Below are positions 21,113 through 31,357 of a DNA stretch of 32,000 nucleotides, piece after piece. Where the stretch lies: NCBI GenBank assembly GCA_965227835.1, contig OZ245768.1, positions 360,001-392,000 on the forward strand. The letters run 5' to 3'. Source of the DNA: Candidatus Saccharimonadota bacterium. Lineage in GTDB: Bacteria > Patescibacteriota > Gracilibacteria > BD1-5 > UBA6164. The position numbers and the translations under genes are program-made. Within the stretch, counting starts at the first letter, position 1; each line of letters opens with the position of its first letter. The notes beneath the pieces were generated by a model. It was given only the letters and a program-made list of their open reading frames with translations, was not told where the DNA came from and did no database searches.

Positions 21113-22065
21113 TGGAACTTATATATATACTTACATATGATTGTAATTTTAGGTGCAAATACTGTGATATAAATAAGAGAAATGAAAATATATCTGATAA
21201 TATAATAAAAAAAAGTATTACCTATTTAAGAAACAATAACTTTGATATAGATAAAGTTAAGTTTTTTTGATGAGAGCCATTACTAAAGAAACAAGAGATA
21301 GAATTTATTGTAAGCAATTTTCCAAAAAAATATAATCCTAATTTTTATATTACATCAAATTCAACATTAATTAACGATGATTTTATTAATTTTGTTAAGG
21401 ATAATAATATTAAGCTAACCTTTAGTATTGATTGAAGTAACAAAACAACTAGTGAAAATAGAATTTTAGAAAATTGATTAAATCTATCTAATAGTATAAT
21501 AGAAAATACTAAAAAATATAAGGATAATATAAGAATTAATCAGGTTATAACCTCAAAAAATTCAAAAGATTTCTTTAAAAATTTTAAATTTATATATGAT
21601 TTATGAGTTAGGAATTTTAATTTCTTACCTGAATATTATAAAAGATGGAGTAAGTCATGACTATCAAATTTGAAAAAATGATTTGATGAAATATATGAAT
21701 TTTACAAATCTTGAAACTATTTTGGCTTAGTTAATTTAGATAATTATAGTGATACTTCCTTCTTTAATCTCTGAATTGTTATTGATACAGATTGAAATTT
21801 GTATTTAACTAATTTAATACTTTCATGAATATTTGAAAAATATAAAAAAAATTTAACTGTATGAAATGTATATGATTGTAATATACAAGTTAACTTTTCA
21901 AACGTAAATTTTAGTAAAAAATATTTAAAAAGAATTAAAGAAATTATAAAAAAGGAGTATAGTGAAGAAGTTTTAAAATCTGTTAAATATGTCGACTTAA
22001 TATTAAATAATTTTTGTAATAACTTTAGTTTATGTCAACAACAAAATTTATCTATAACCAAATAA
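21112..22065 (+). CDS. Radical SAM protein
   Basis: 317 aa. ILTYDCNFRCKYC, KFFGGEPLL. Its start overlaps the upstream stop (TAATG at 21110-21114). Confidence 0.7.
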
Positions 22066-22088
22066 AAGAAAAATATATTAGTATAAAA

Positions 22089-23018
22089 ATGTTTAATCAT
22101 AAATTTCCTAATTTAATTGATAATATTTTTATTGAATACTGAATAAAAATATCTGTAGTAAAGAAGTTTAGGTTTCATGCTTGTAACACCGTTTTGCTTA
22201 TGGAATCAAATCGAGGCCATTTATATATTTTAAAGATTTTTAATAAGATTCAAAGATATGGACAATTTGAAATTGAATATAAAATTTCTAATATTTTAAG
22301 TAAAAATTGAATAATAATACCTAAAATAATTAAGAATTTATCAAATGATTTTAATAGCTTTTATGATACGAAAAAAATTGTTTTATATGATTTTATAGTT
22401 GCTAGAGATTTATCATGAAGTATTGATGATATAGATTTAGTTATTAGAAAATTTGCTAATTTTCATATTACTCTTAATTCTAATATTTATATTACAAATC
22501 TATTTTATCAGAAGAAATTATTTAACAAAGAGCTTAGTAAAACAAAGAACAGTATTTTTTATGATATATTTTGCTTTTTTAAAAATACAAAATATAGTAT
22601 ACTTACTAATATTTTAAAAAATTGTTTAAATTTTAACTTGTATTGTGATATTGAAAATATTATTTATTGATGATTGAGCAAAGATCATATAGCTATAAAA
22701 AATCATAATTTAATCTTGTATGATATGGAGTCTATATGACTTTGAGACTTATACTTAGATGTTATGTATGTAATATATTATTTATGATATAGAAATAACG
22801 ATGAAAATTTGGAAATTTATAAAATGATTCATATGTTAAATGTATATAATAAATTTAATAAATTGTATATAACTAAAAAAAACTTTAATCTATATGTTCT
22901 TTATTTTTTATTTTTAGATTTTAAAGTTATGTTAAAACAAAAAAATGAATTTACAGATTTTCATTTAAATAGACATTATTATAATATTTTAAATTTTTAT
23001 AAATTATATTTTTGATAA
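22089..23018 (+). CDS. Kinase-fold (APH/CotS-like phosphotransferase) protein, divergent catalytic loop
   Basis: 309 aa. ...IIYGGLSKDHIAIKNHNLILYDMESIGLGDLYLDVMYV... has the Brenner-like region and the D-x-E...D-L pattern of APH-type kinases, but lacks a clean H-G-D-x(4)-N. Confidence 0.45.
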
Positions 23019-23719
23019 ATAACGAAAAAATAAAGATAGTTTTTGATAAGCTTTTAAATAAATGAAGCTATAAAATTTATAATTCAAATGTTGGCTTCAT
23101 TGTAGTTCCTTATAAATCAAAATTTGTATATAAGATATTTTTTAATCAGAAATTATTTTTTAGAGAACTAAATATTTATAACCTACTAAGAGAAAATTCG
23201 AATATTCTCATACCAAAATTTAAGAACGATTTTTCATTAAAAAATTTTTTCGTACTCAAACTAGAAAATGTTAGAACACAATATGAAAGAAAAAATAATA
23301 TATTAGACTTAGATTTAAAACAGATTGCTGATATATTATATACTATTCATAGTTTTTCGTATAATTCAAGAAACCTAATTTTATGAGATATACATTCATC
23401 TAATTTTTACGAAATAAAATATGATCAAGAATTAAAATTATGAATATTTGACTTTTCATCCTCAAAATACTGAGATATAGAAGAAGATATAGCTAATCTT
23501 TATATAGAAATATGAATAAATGATTCAATTTTGAAAAATTTTCTAAAGTATTATTGAAATAATAATATTAATTATTTAAAAATTTATTATTATTCTATAA
23601 GTGAATTATACGAAAGAATTAAAAATGGTATGAATTTATCAAATGAAAAAATAAATATATATAATAAAATGTTATTGTCTCTAAGGTATAAATTATGAAA
23701 ATTAAGCATTTTAAAATAA
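23012..23719 (+). CDS. Kinase-fold (APH-like phosphotransferase) protein
   Basis: 235 aa from a TTG start, since no in-frame ATG is available after the TAA at 23000. LILGDIHSSNFY...LKLGIFDFSSSKYGDIEEDIANLY matches the H/L-G-D-x-H-x-x-N and D-F motifs. Confidence 0.5.
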
Positions 23720-24450
23720 TTTGATATTGTAATATATTTGAACAAGTTATAATTTGATGAAGCAAATTAAAAATAGATGTACTGATTGATGATTATGATT
23801 GAACTGAATTAGTTTTAGATATTTCGAATTATTCACACAAGAAATTTATCAGTTTTTTTTGTAATAATTTTTCTAAAATTATAGAAGTTAATTTTCTTTG
23901 ATATAAGGGATTAAGTTGTGGTAAAAAATCTTTAGATTCTAGGATTAAACTGAAAAACAAATGAAATATTTATTACTCAAATACAATATGAAATTATATT
24001 TTTAATGAAGATTTTGTATGTATTAACAATTATAACTTTAAAAATCTTGATCATCATTTATGAGTATATAATAAATATGAAAATTCGTTATATGAACAGG
24101 TAAGGGGAATAAATAAGATAAAATTATATCCGAATGACATTATTTTTTTTGACAGAAATAAATGAAATTTGAATAATTTTATAAATTTATGACTTAATTT
24201 TAATTATATAATTAAGAGTTATATAATTAATTTAAAGAGATGAAAAAAAAGTATTTTTTATAGAAATATTTTTTGAAAAGATTCTAGTGATATAGTATAT
24301 GAAAATATAAATAGAATATTAAAAAGTTTCAAATATGGTACATATTTTATCTACAATGTTGATTTAGAATATTTAGATAATTATGTATTTGATGAAAAAT
24401 ATTATTTATATGACTATCATTTTAAACCAGTTTTTAGTAATTTTATTTAA
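23695..24450 (+). CDS. Hypothetical protein
   Basis: 251-aa open frame with TGA=Gly, overlapping both neighbours. No family recognised. Confidence 0.45.
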
Positions 24451-25409
24451 TGAAAAAATTGAAACACATAGAAATAAATATTTGAAAAGCTTGTAACAAT
24501 AAATGTAAATTTTGCATGAGTTCGAAACCTTCTTTATGGGATATAAAATTCTCAAAATTTGATATCATAAGGAAAAGTCTAAATGAATATTATAATAATT
24601 GATATAGATCTGTTTGATTTTTATGATGAGATATATCAATACATCCGAATGTATTAGAAATTATTAAATGTTGTAGAGAAATATGATATCAGAGTATTAA
24701 CATTATTAGTAATTCTATGAGGTTTAGTGATTTCTCTTTTGCATATAATATAGTAAAAAAATGACTAACTAGAATTAATATATCAATACACTCTCATATT
24801 AGCTATATTGAAGATGATTTAACTCAAGTAAAATGATGATTACAAAAAAAACTAAGAGCAATAGATAATTTTTCTTTTTTATATAAAAAATGAATTTTAC
24901 AGAGTCCAATTAGTATTAATATTGTTGTAAATAAAAAAAATTATTTATATATTGTTGAAACCGTTCTATACTTTTTTAAGGAAAAAAATATAAAAGATAT
25001 AAGAATAAACTTTATTCGGCTCAGTGATGATGTGAAAGAAAATTGGGATTTGCTTAAAATATCATATAGTGAGTTCTTGCCATATTTAAAAAAGCTTATA
25101 TATCTGTCTCTAAAATATAATATAAGAATTACTTTTGATACCTTTCCTCCATGTATATTTTATTTAGTAAGTTTTAAAAATTATAAATATATCATTAATA
25201 AGTTTTTATGAGAAAAGTTTGATCATATAAACGAAATACTATGGTTGAATAAAGAAACAAGTTTTAATTGGAAAGATAGGAAAGCTAATGAATTGAAGGC
25301 AAAATTTAAACAATGTAGTAACTGTTTTTATGAAAATGTTTGCGAATGAGTATGGAAAGAATATGATGAAATTTATTGAAATAAAGAATTTATTCCCATA
25401 AAATTGTAA
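24450..25409 (+). CDS. Radical SAM protein (paralog of the 17415 gene)
   Basis: 319 aa. NIGKACNNKCKFC, GFLGGDISIHP, GLTRINISIHS, and C-terminal KQCSNCFYENVCEGVW. Collinear with the 17415 protein. Start overlaps the upstream stop (TAATG). Confidence 0.75.
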
Positions 25410-25413
25410 TAAA

Positions 25414-26601
25414 ATGTGATATGTGAAGATATGTTTAGATGACGATATTAATACAATTATTTATAATACTTACTACCATGTAAAACATTGAATAAATAAT
25501 GTATTATTTTATAATAGTTTAAATGGAAAAACTTTAAATAAAAATAAGGTACTAAAAGTTGTATCATACATGATAAATAAGCATAATTCTGTAAAATATT
25601 TGTTTTATAATGTACCATTTTGTATTTTTGATAAATTGTGAAAGAAATTTATAGATAAATATTGTGTATTTAACAGATTATGTAATTATTATATTTGATA
25701 TAATAGCTATGGCAAATGTAATTTGTGCGATTTTGGTTTATTTTGTAATAATTTTAATTCTCTAATTAATAATAGTGAAATAAAGGAATTAAACGGTTTT
25801 TACTGAGAAAAAATTAATAAATATACTTTTTTGATAAAGTTTATAAAAATATATAATTTTTTCATAATGCTATGATATTCTGATAATGAAATAATCTTGA
25901 GTTCAAGGCAGAAATATTTTATGCAATTTTTGAGGGGTGCTAAAATTAATAAAAATTTCTTATCATATTTAACTTTGACTATTAAATTATCTAATCGATA
26001 CATAAATTATAATGTCTTTAAAAATAAAAATAAAATTGCTATTTTTAAAAATAAATGTTTAAATGATATATTTTTTTATTTACAAAGAAAGTGCTGAATA
26101 AATATTTTGTTGGAATGTGATAACTCTACAATTGATTTATTTGAAAGTAATAAATTTGTAGTAAACTTTCTTGGTAAAAACCTAATTTTTTTAAATACTT
26201 GATTTTATAATATAGATCCCCCCTTTTTTGATTTTGATTATAATAATTTATTTTTAGATAAAAATGCTACTGTATTTAAGTGAGTATCTTTAAATAAAAA
26301 TTTAGGTATATTTTATGGGAATGCTAGAATTGTAAAAAACTCAAAAGATTTTTTGTACAATAGAATTTGAGATGTTTATGTTTGAAAAGATATTTTTTCT
26401 TGAGTAAATATTGAAAGTTTTAAGGCTATACTTATTACAAGTGATTGATCATCAGAACATGTTAGACTCTACGAAATAATAAACTCTATAAAAGTTCCAA
26501 TTATTGAAAGGATAAAACCAAATATAGTAGAAATTATAAAAAATGGAAGTAAATTAAAGATTGATTTTAGTACTTGAACTATCAATTTAATTAAAACATA
26601 A
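25414..26601 (+). CDS. Cys-rich protein resembling a stand-alone auxiliary-cluster (SPASM-like) domain plus unknown C-terminal domain
   Basis: 395 aa. The N-terminal third carries PFCIFDK...YCVFNRLCNYYIGYNSYGKCNLCDFGLFC. No CxxxCxxC/GGEP core. The frame agrees with track ORF 25897-26097 read through TGA. Confidence 0.45.
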
Positions 26602-27633
26602 ATTTTTAAAAATTAATTGTATTTAATTTTATTATTTCCATTTTTGAGATCCCCCCTTTATTTATACAGAAGTAGTAAAATATAATAGAGATTTAAAGTT
26701 GAAAGATTTATCTTTAGTTATAAAACCTCGTTGACTCTTGAATTGATTTTAATTATACCATTAATTGTATATATGTTAGACATATTTATATATTTAAAAT
26801 GAGGCATAATAGTAAAAAATGTGTGGCTAAAAGAGATATTATTTGGTAATATAAAAGCAAATACTCTCTAACTTTTATCTATGGGAAATAAAACCTACAC
26901 GAAAAATTGTAATAAATGCTGATCAAATGAAATAAAAAAAGATTGATTTAAGAGATGAAAATAAAGATATAAATGTAAAAAATGTTGATATGTCTTTCAG
27001 AATAGTAGTAGAAAACAAAAGGTAAATATAAACAAACTATATCATGACTATTGTTTTTGAAAACAAACATATGAACAACTATCAAATACATACTGAATAT
27101 CAATTAAAACAGTTCAGAAAAATTTAGATGAATATAAACTACAAGTACCACAAATAAAAGCTAAAGAAGTAGTACTGCTAATAGATACAACATACTTCTG
27201 AAACCTCTGAGTAATGGTCTTCAAAGATGCTTATAGAAACAAAGTGCTTCATATCAAGATAGTAGATAATGAGAATAATGAAGACTACAAAAACTGAGTA
27301 AAAGAACTAGAAAAAGCTTGATTTATAATAAAAGCTATAGTTTGTGATTGAAGAAAATGATTATTGAATTGATTTTCAAATATTCCTACTCAGATGTGTA
27401 ATTTTCATCAGGTAGCTATAGTGAGAAGGTATATAACTAAAAAGCCTGTTTTAGAAGAAAATAAAGCGTTAAAATGGATTACAGATTTACTTACAAAAAC
27501 AGACAAAGAAACTTTTAGCTATTATCTTGATTTGTATTGAGAAAAGTATAAAGATTTTTTAAATGAAAAATCTTTATGAAGAGATTGAAAGTTACATTAT
27601 ATACATAGAAGAACTAGGAGTGCATATTTTTCT

Positions 27634-28704
27634 TTAAAAAGGGTAATGGTCCTTTAGATAGGTACCACCAATTTTAGCAAGATTATCTAGGATAAGGACA
27701 GGGAAATTATTAAATTTTGTAGGAAGAATTATATTACAACTTCTAAGTTTTTCAATAGGACTTAAACCGTTCATACCTATTCAAAAAGAAGGTCTATAAT
27801 TATTATAAGTATAAATATATTTACTACTATGGTTTAAAAAATTAGGAAGAGATTTCATGCGATCAAGATAAGGTCTATATAATTCTTCATCATCAGTTCT
27901 ATGAGATCTCTCTACAATTCATTGAAGATATTTTTTTCAAGCAGGAATACTCTTAAAACAGCAATTTATATTATTTAATATAGCATTCCACTGATTTTCC
28001 TTTCTCTTACTTCATCCACAAAAATCAGCAGGGCCATTATCTCATTGAAATTCCATATGATAATATATTCACATACTCCTAAGATATGTAGCTATAGTAA
28101 GTATAAACATAAGACCAAATTCAGAAGAAAGACTATGAGAATAAGCTATAAATTTATATTTTGTTTTAGCACATATATATGTCCATTGATATAAAGGAAG
28201 ATTATATTTTCTTAGTATAAAACAAAGTTCTCATAAAGCTTCAAAATCTTCTATATGCTTTGTATCTACTTGACCATACTCAAAGGGAAGAATATTTTGA
28301 TAATCGTATAGAGGTTTACTATCTCATTTTCTACGAGAATAATGATGCTTTTTTACTTTGTTTCTTTTTAGTATATTTCATATAGTAGAGGAAGAGAATG
28401 TTATTCCATATCTGAGGAATAAATACTTTGCTAGACGTACTCTTCAATATTTTGTTTTATTTCGTTCTTGTAATACAAGTCATTCTAAATCAGAAGATGT
28501 TTTTTTATTATGAGGAGTCTTAGGAGCTCTTGATATATTTTCTATAGGACCATCTCTACTTCTTCTTACTGTTTTACGAGAACATCATAATATATAAGCT
28601 GTTTTACTTACGTTTCCTTTGTTTTCTTCAAGTATCGACCTCGCGAGGATTCTTGCTGATTCTACTCCTTGCTTAGTACACATTTTTTCATATAATCATT
28701 TCAT
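27634..28704 (-). CDS. DDE (rve-type) transposase of the nested IS
   Basis: 356 aa with TGA=Gly. N-terminal HTH region, then ...GQVDTKHI..., ...EFQGDNGPADF..., ...GKKYLQGIVERSHRTDDEE..., the D, D, E integrase-core pattern. The stop lies within the left target duplication. Confidence 0.8.
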
Positions 28705-28819
28705 AAGAGGTTTGGGATTATAAAATAAAATTTTTTACAAAATCTATTATATCCTCATCCTCTTTTTTACACAATTCCATATCAATAAATAGTGGTACCT
28801 ATCTACTGGTACAGATAAT
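27642..28819 (-). mobile_element. Nested IS (IS481/IS3-like rve transposase) with 15-bp target-site duplication
   Basis: Direct repeat tttttctttaaaaag at 27627-27641 and 28820-28834. Perfect 14-bp subterminal inverted repeat tagataggtaccac (27655-27668) and gtggtacctatcta (28792-28805). Confidence 0.75.
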
Positions 28820-29050
28820 TTTTTCTTTAAAAAGAAATTTGAAATATTTATTTACTCGGTATGATTATATCTGACAAATAGATATTCCAAATACTACTAA
28901 CTGATTAGAGTGAATTTTCGGTCATATTAAATGTAAAGTTGCTTTACATAGATGACTTAAAAAAGAGAGAAAAATTAAACTAATATTATCTCTCTTATAT
29001 AGGAAAATTTAAGTCTCTCAGCCACCCACTTTTTACAATTAAACCTAAAA

Positions 29051-30319
29051 ATGGAAAATAAAATAAATTTACTCTCAAAAGAACAAACAACAAAACAAAA
29101 TAGAATATGGGTAAGGATAGCATCAGCCTGTAACAATAAATGTATTTTTTGTTTGGATAGTGATGCTCAAAATGGAACATTCCCTCAAGAACAAACCATC
29201 AAAAAACAAATAAAAGATTGATATAAACCTTGATATGAAAATAGAGTTATTATTTCTGGTTGAGAAGCTTCAATTAATCCCAGATTTCCAGAATATATAT
29301 CTTATGCCAAGATTATTTGATATCATAGAATTCAAACAGTTACAAACGGAAACATGTTTTTTAGAAAAGAATTCTGTGATAAAGTATTTTATGCTTGACT
29401 TGAGGAAGTCACTTTTTCTTTTCATTGACATAACTCAAAACTCCATGACTACCTCGTCGCAACTCCATGAGCTTTTAAAAAATCTTTGCAATGACTTATT
29501 TATATAAAAAAATATTATCCCGAAATTATCCTAAATGTAGACATAGTAGTAAATAAGGTAAATGTAAAGTATCTTCCAGACATCGTTAAATTTTTTATGA
29601 AACTTTGAGTGTATGAATTTGATATTCTCCAAATTATACCTTTTTGAAGGTGATTTCGTGAATATAAAAAACAGCTATTTTATGATATATCGACAAATGT
29701 TTACCATTTACAAAAAACATGGGAACTATCAAAAATACCTTGAATGTATATGTGGACCAATAGATTTCCAGTTGAAGCATTTGAATGATATGAAGATTTA
29801 ATTCAAGATCCAAGAAAGATAAAATCTGAAGTTATGTGAGAAGGTAGGGAAATGTTTGAATCATTTATAAAATCTAAATGAAAAGATAAGCCTGAGTGCT
29901 TTTGAGAAAGATGTGATTATTGTTTTTTAAATCAGTATTGTCATGGTTATATAAATAATATAAATACCAAGAAGTTAGATATAAATTCAAATTATAAAAT
30001 TATATATTGAGAAGAGTTTCCAAGCCTCGTTTATGAAAAATATTGAGAGAATTCAAAAGATTTTAAAAAATATTTAAAATCAATAAATAATAAATTAATA
30101 AATATTCCAAAATGCTTATGATGAACTTGAATTTATCAAAAATATAATGATTTAAAACAAAGAAATACTTTAGAGGATTATACCTATAAATATATTAAGA
30201 ATTTATATATAAAGAAATCTTTAAATTGTAAAAAATGTAAATATAATAATAAATGTGAAGGAATTCATATAAATTTTATAAGAAGTTATGGTTTTAGTAT
30301 TTTACAACCAATTAGGTAG
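29051..30319 (+). CDS. Radical SAM protein with C-terminal Cys-rich region
   Basis: 422 aa. VRIASACNNKCIFC, IISGGEASINP, VTFSFHGH, and later ECFGERCDYCFLNQYCHG and LNCKKCKYNNKCEG. Confidence 0.75.
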
Positions 30320-30412
30320 TTTTATCATATCATTTTTACTTTTTTTACCCGATTATAAGTTTAAATGTAGTTATTAAAAATTAAATTATATATCAATTAA
30401 CTATAAATTTAA

Positions 30413-31357
30413 ATGGCAAATATTTGATACATACAAGTAAATAGACATTGTAATAATGCATGTCATTTTTGTAGTAATCCAAGTAATGGGAATAATATTA
30501 GCTATGAAAGATGAATATATCTTATAGATGATTTTGTAAAAAGATGATATAGATGAATAATATTCACATGATGAGAGCCAACACTTTCACCAGATTTGCC
30601 TAACTGGCTTGCATATACAAGGGAAAAATGAATAGAAAATAGAATGATATCTAACTGAATGATGTGTTCAAATTCGAAATTTATGAAAAATTTAGCCGAA
30701 TCTTGATTAGAATTAGTTCATTTTTCTGTTTATTCTTGTTTTTCTAAAATTCATGATTTTTTGACAGATACACCTGGAAGCTGGGAAAAATTAATAAAAT
30801 CTATAACAAATGCTTTAAACAATTGAGTAAGAGTTCAAATAAACACAGTTATTAATCATTATAATGAAAATCATTTAGATAAAACAATAAAATTTTTGAC
30901 TAAAACCTTTCCTCCTATAACTCATTTTGTTTGGAATAATTTAGATCCACTTATGATGAGAAAAACTGGCACTGCTTGGTCTACATTGCCAGATTTTGAT
31001 AATTTTAAAGAATCCTTAAAAAAAGCAACATATTATTTAACTGTAACTTGAAGAACTTTTAGAGTTGAAAGAGTTCCTCTTTGTTATATGAATTGATTTG
31101 AATGGGCTTCTACAGAAACTAGAAAAATTGTAAAAAATGAAGAAAGAATAGTTCATTTTTTAGATGATAGAGAAACTATTAGGCAGTATTGAAAACACTG
31201 GGAGCATAATAAGTTAGACTGATGTAAAAGTTGTGATTTAAATAGTATATGTTCATGAATTTATGAATACAGAAAATATTATAATTATGTAAACGTTTAT
31301 CCTCAAAAATTAAATAAAAAAGAAAAACAAGATATAATAAACAAGATAAATATTTAA
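30413..31357 (+). CDS. Radical SAM protein with C-terminal Cys-rich tail
   Basis: 314 aa. QVNRHCNNACHFC, IFTGGEPTLSP, VHFSVYS, and C-terminal DGCKSCDLNSICSGIY. Confidence 0.75.

Larger units (their letters stand above)
26881..29012 (+). pseudogene. Outer IS transposase, interrupted by an in-frame TAA (26962-26964) and split by the nested IS (join 26881-27641, 28835-29012)
   Basis: MGNKTYTKNCNKCGSNEIKKDGFKRGK*RYKCKKCGYVF (CxxC...CxxC zinc ribbon), then ...VVLLIDTTYFG...IVCDGRKG... After conceptually excising 27642-28834 the frame continues ...AYFSLKRNLKYLFTRYDYIGQIDIPNTTNGLEGIFGHIKCKVALHRG... Confidence 0.65.
26803..29045 (+). mobile_element. Outer insertion sequence (Zn-ribbon DDE transposase, IS1/IS1595-like), itself disrupted by a second IS
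   Basis: Imperfect terminal inverted repeats: ggcataatagtaaaaaatgtgtggctaaaagaga (26803-26836) against the reverse complement of agtctctcagccacccactttttacaattaaacc (29012-29045), with 20/26 identity in the core. Flanks ttaaaatga / taaaaatgg resemble a short target duplication. Confidence 0.6.

Noticed and set aside
26215-26659. Repeated 13-mer agatccccccttt at 26215-26227 (inside the CDS, encoding DPPF) and at 26647-26659 (intergenic). The C-run is conspicuous in an AT-rich genome.
   Set aside because: The flanks show no extended similarity. Two copies of a 13-mer are insufficient to claim a functional element, so this is only noted.
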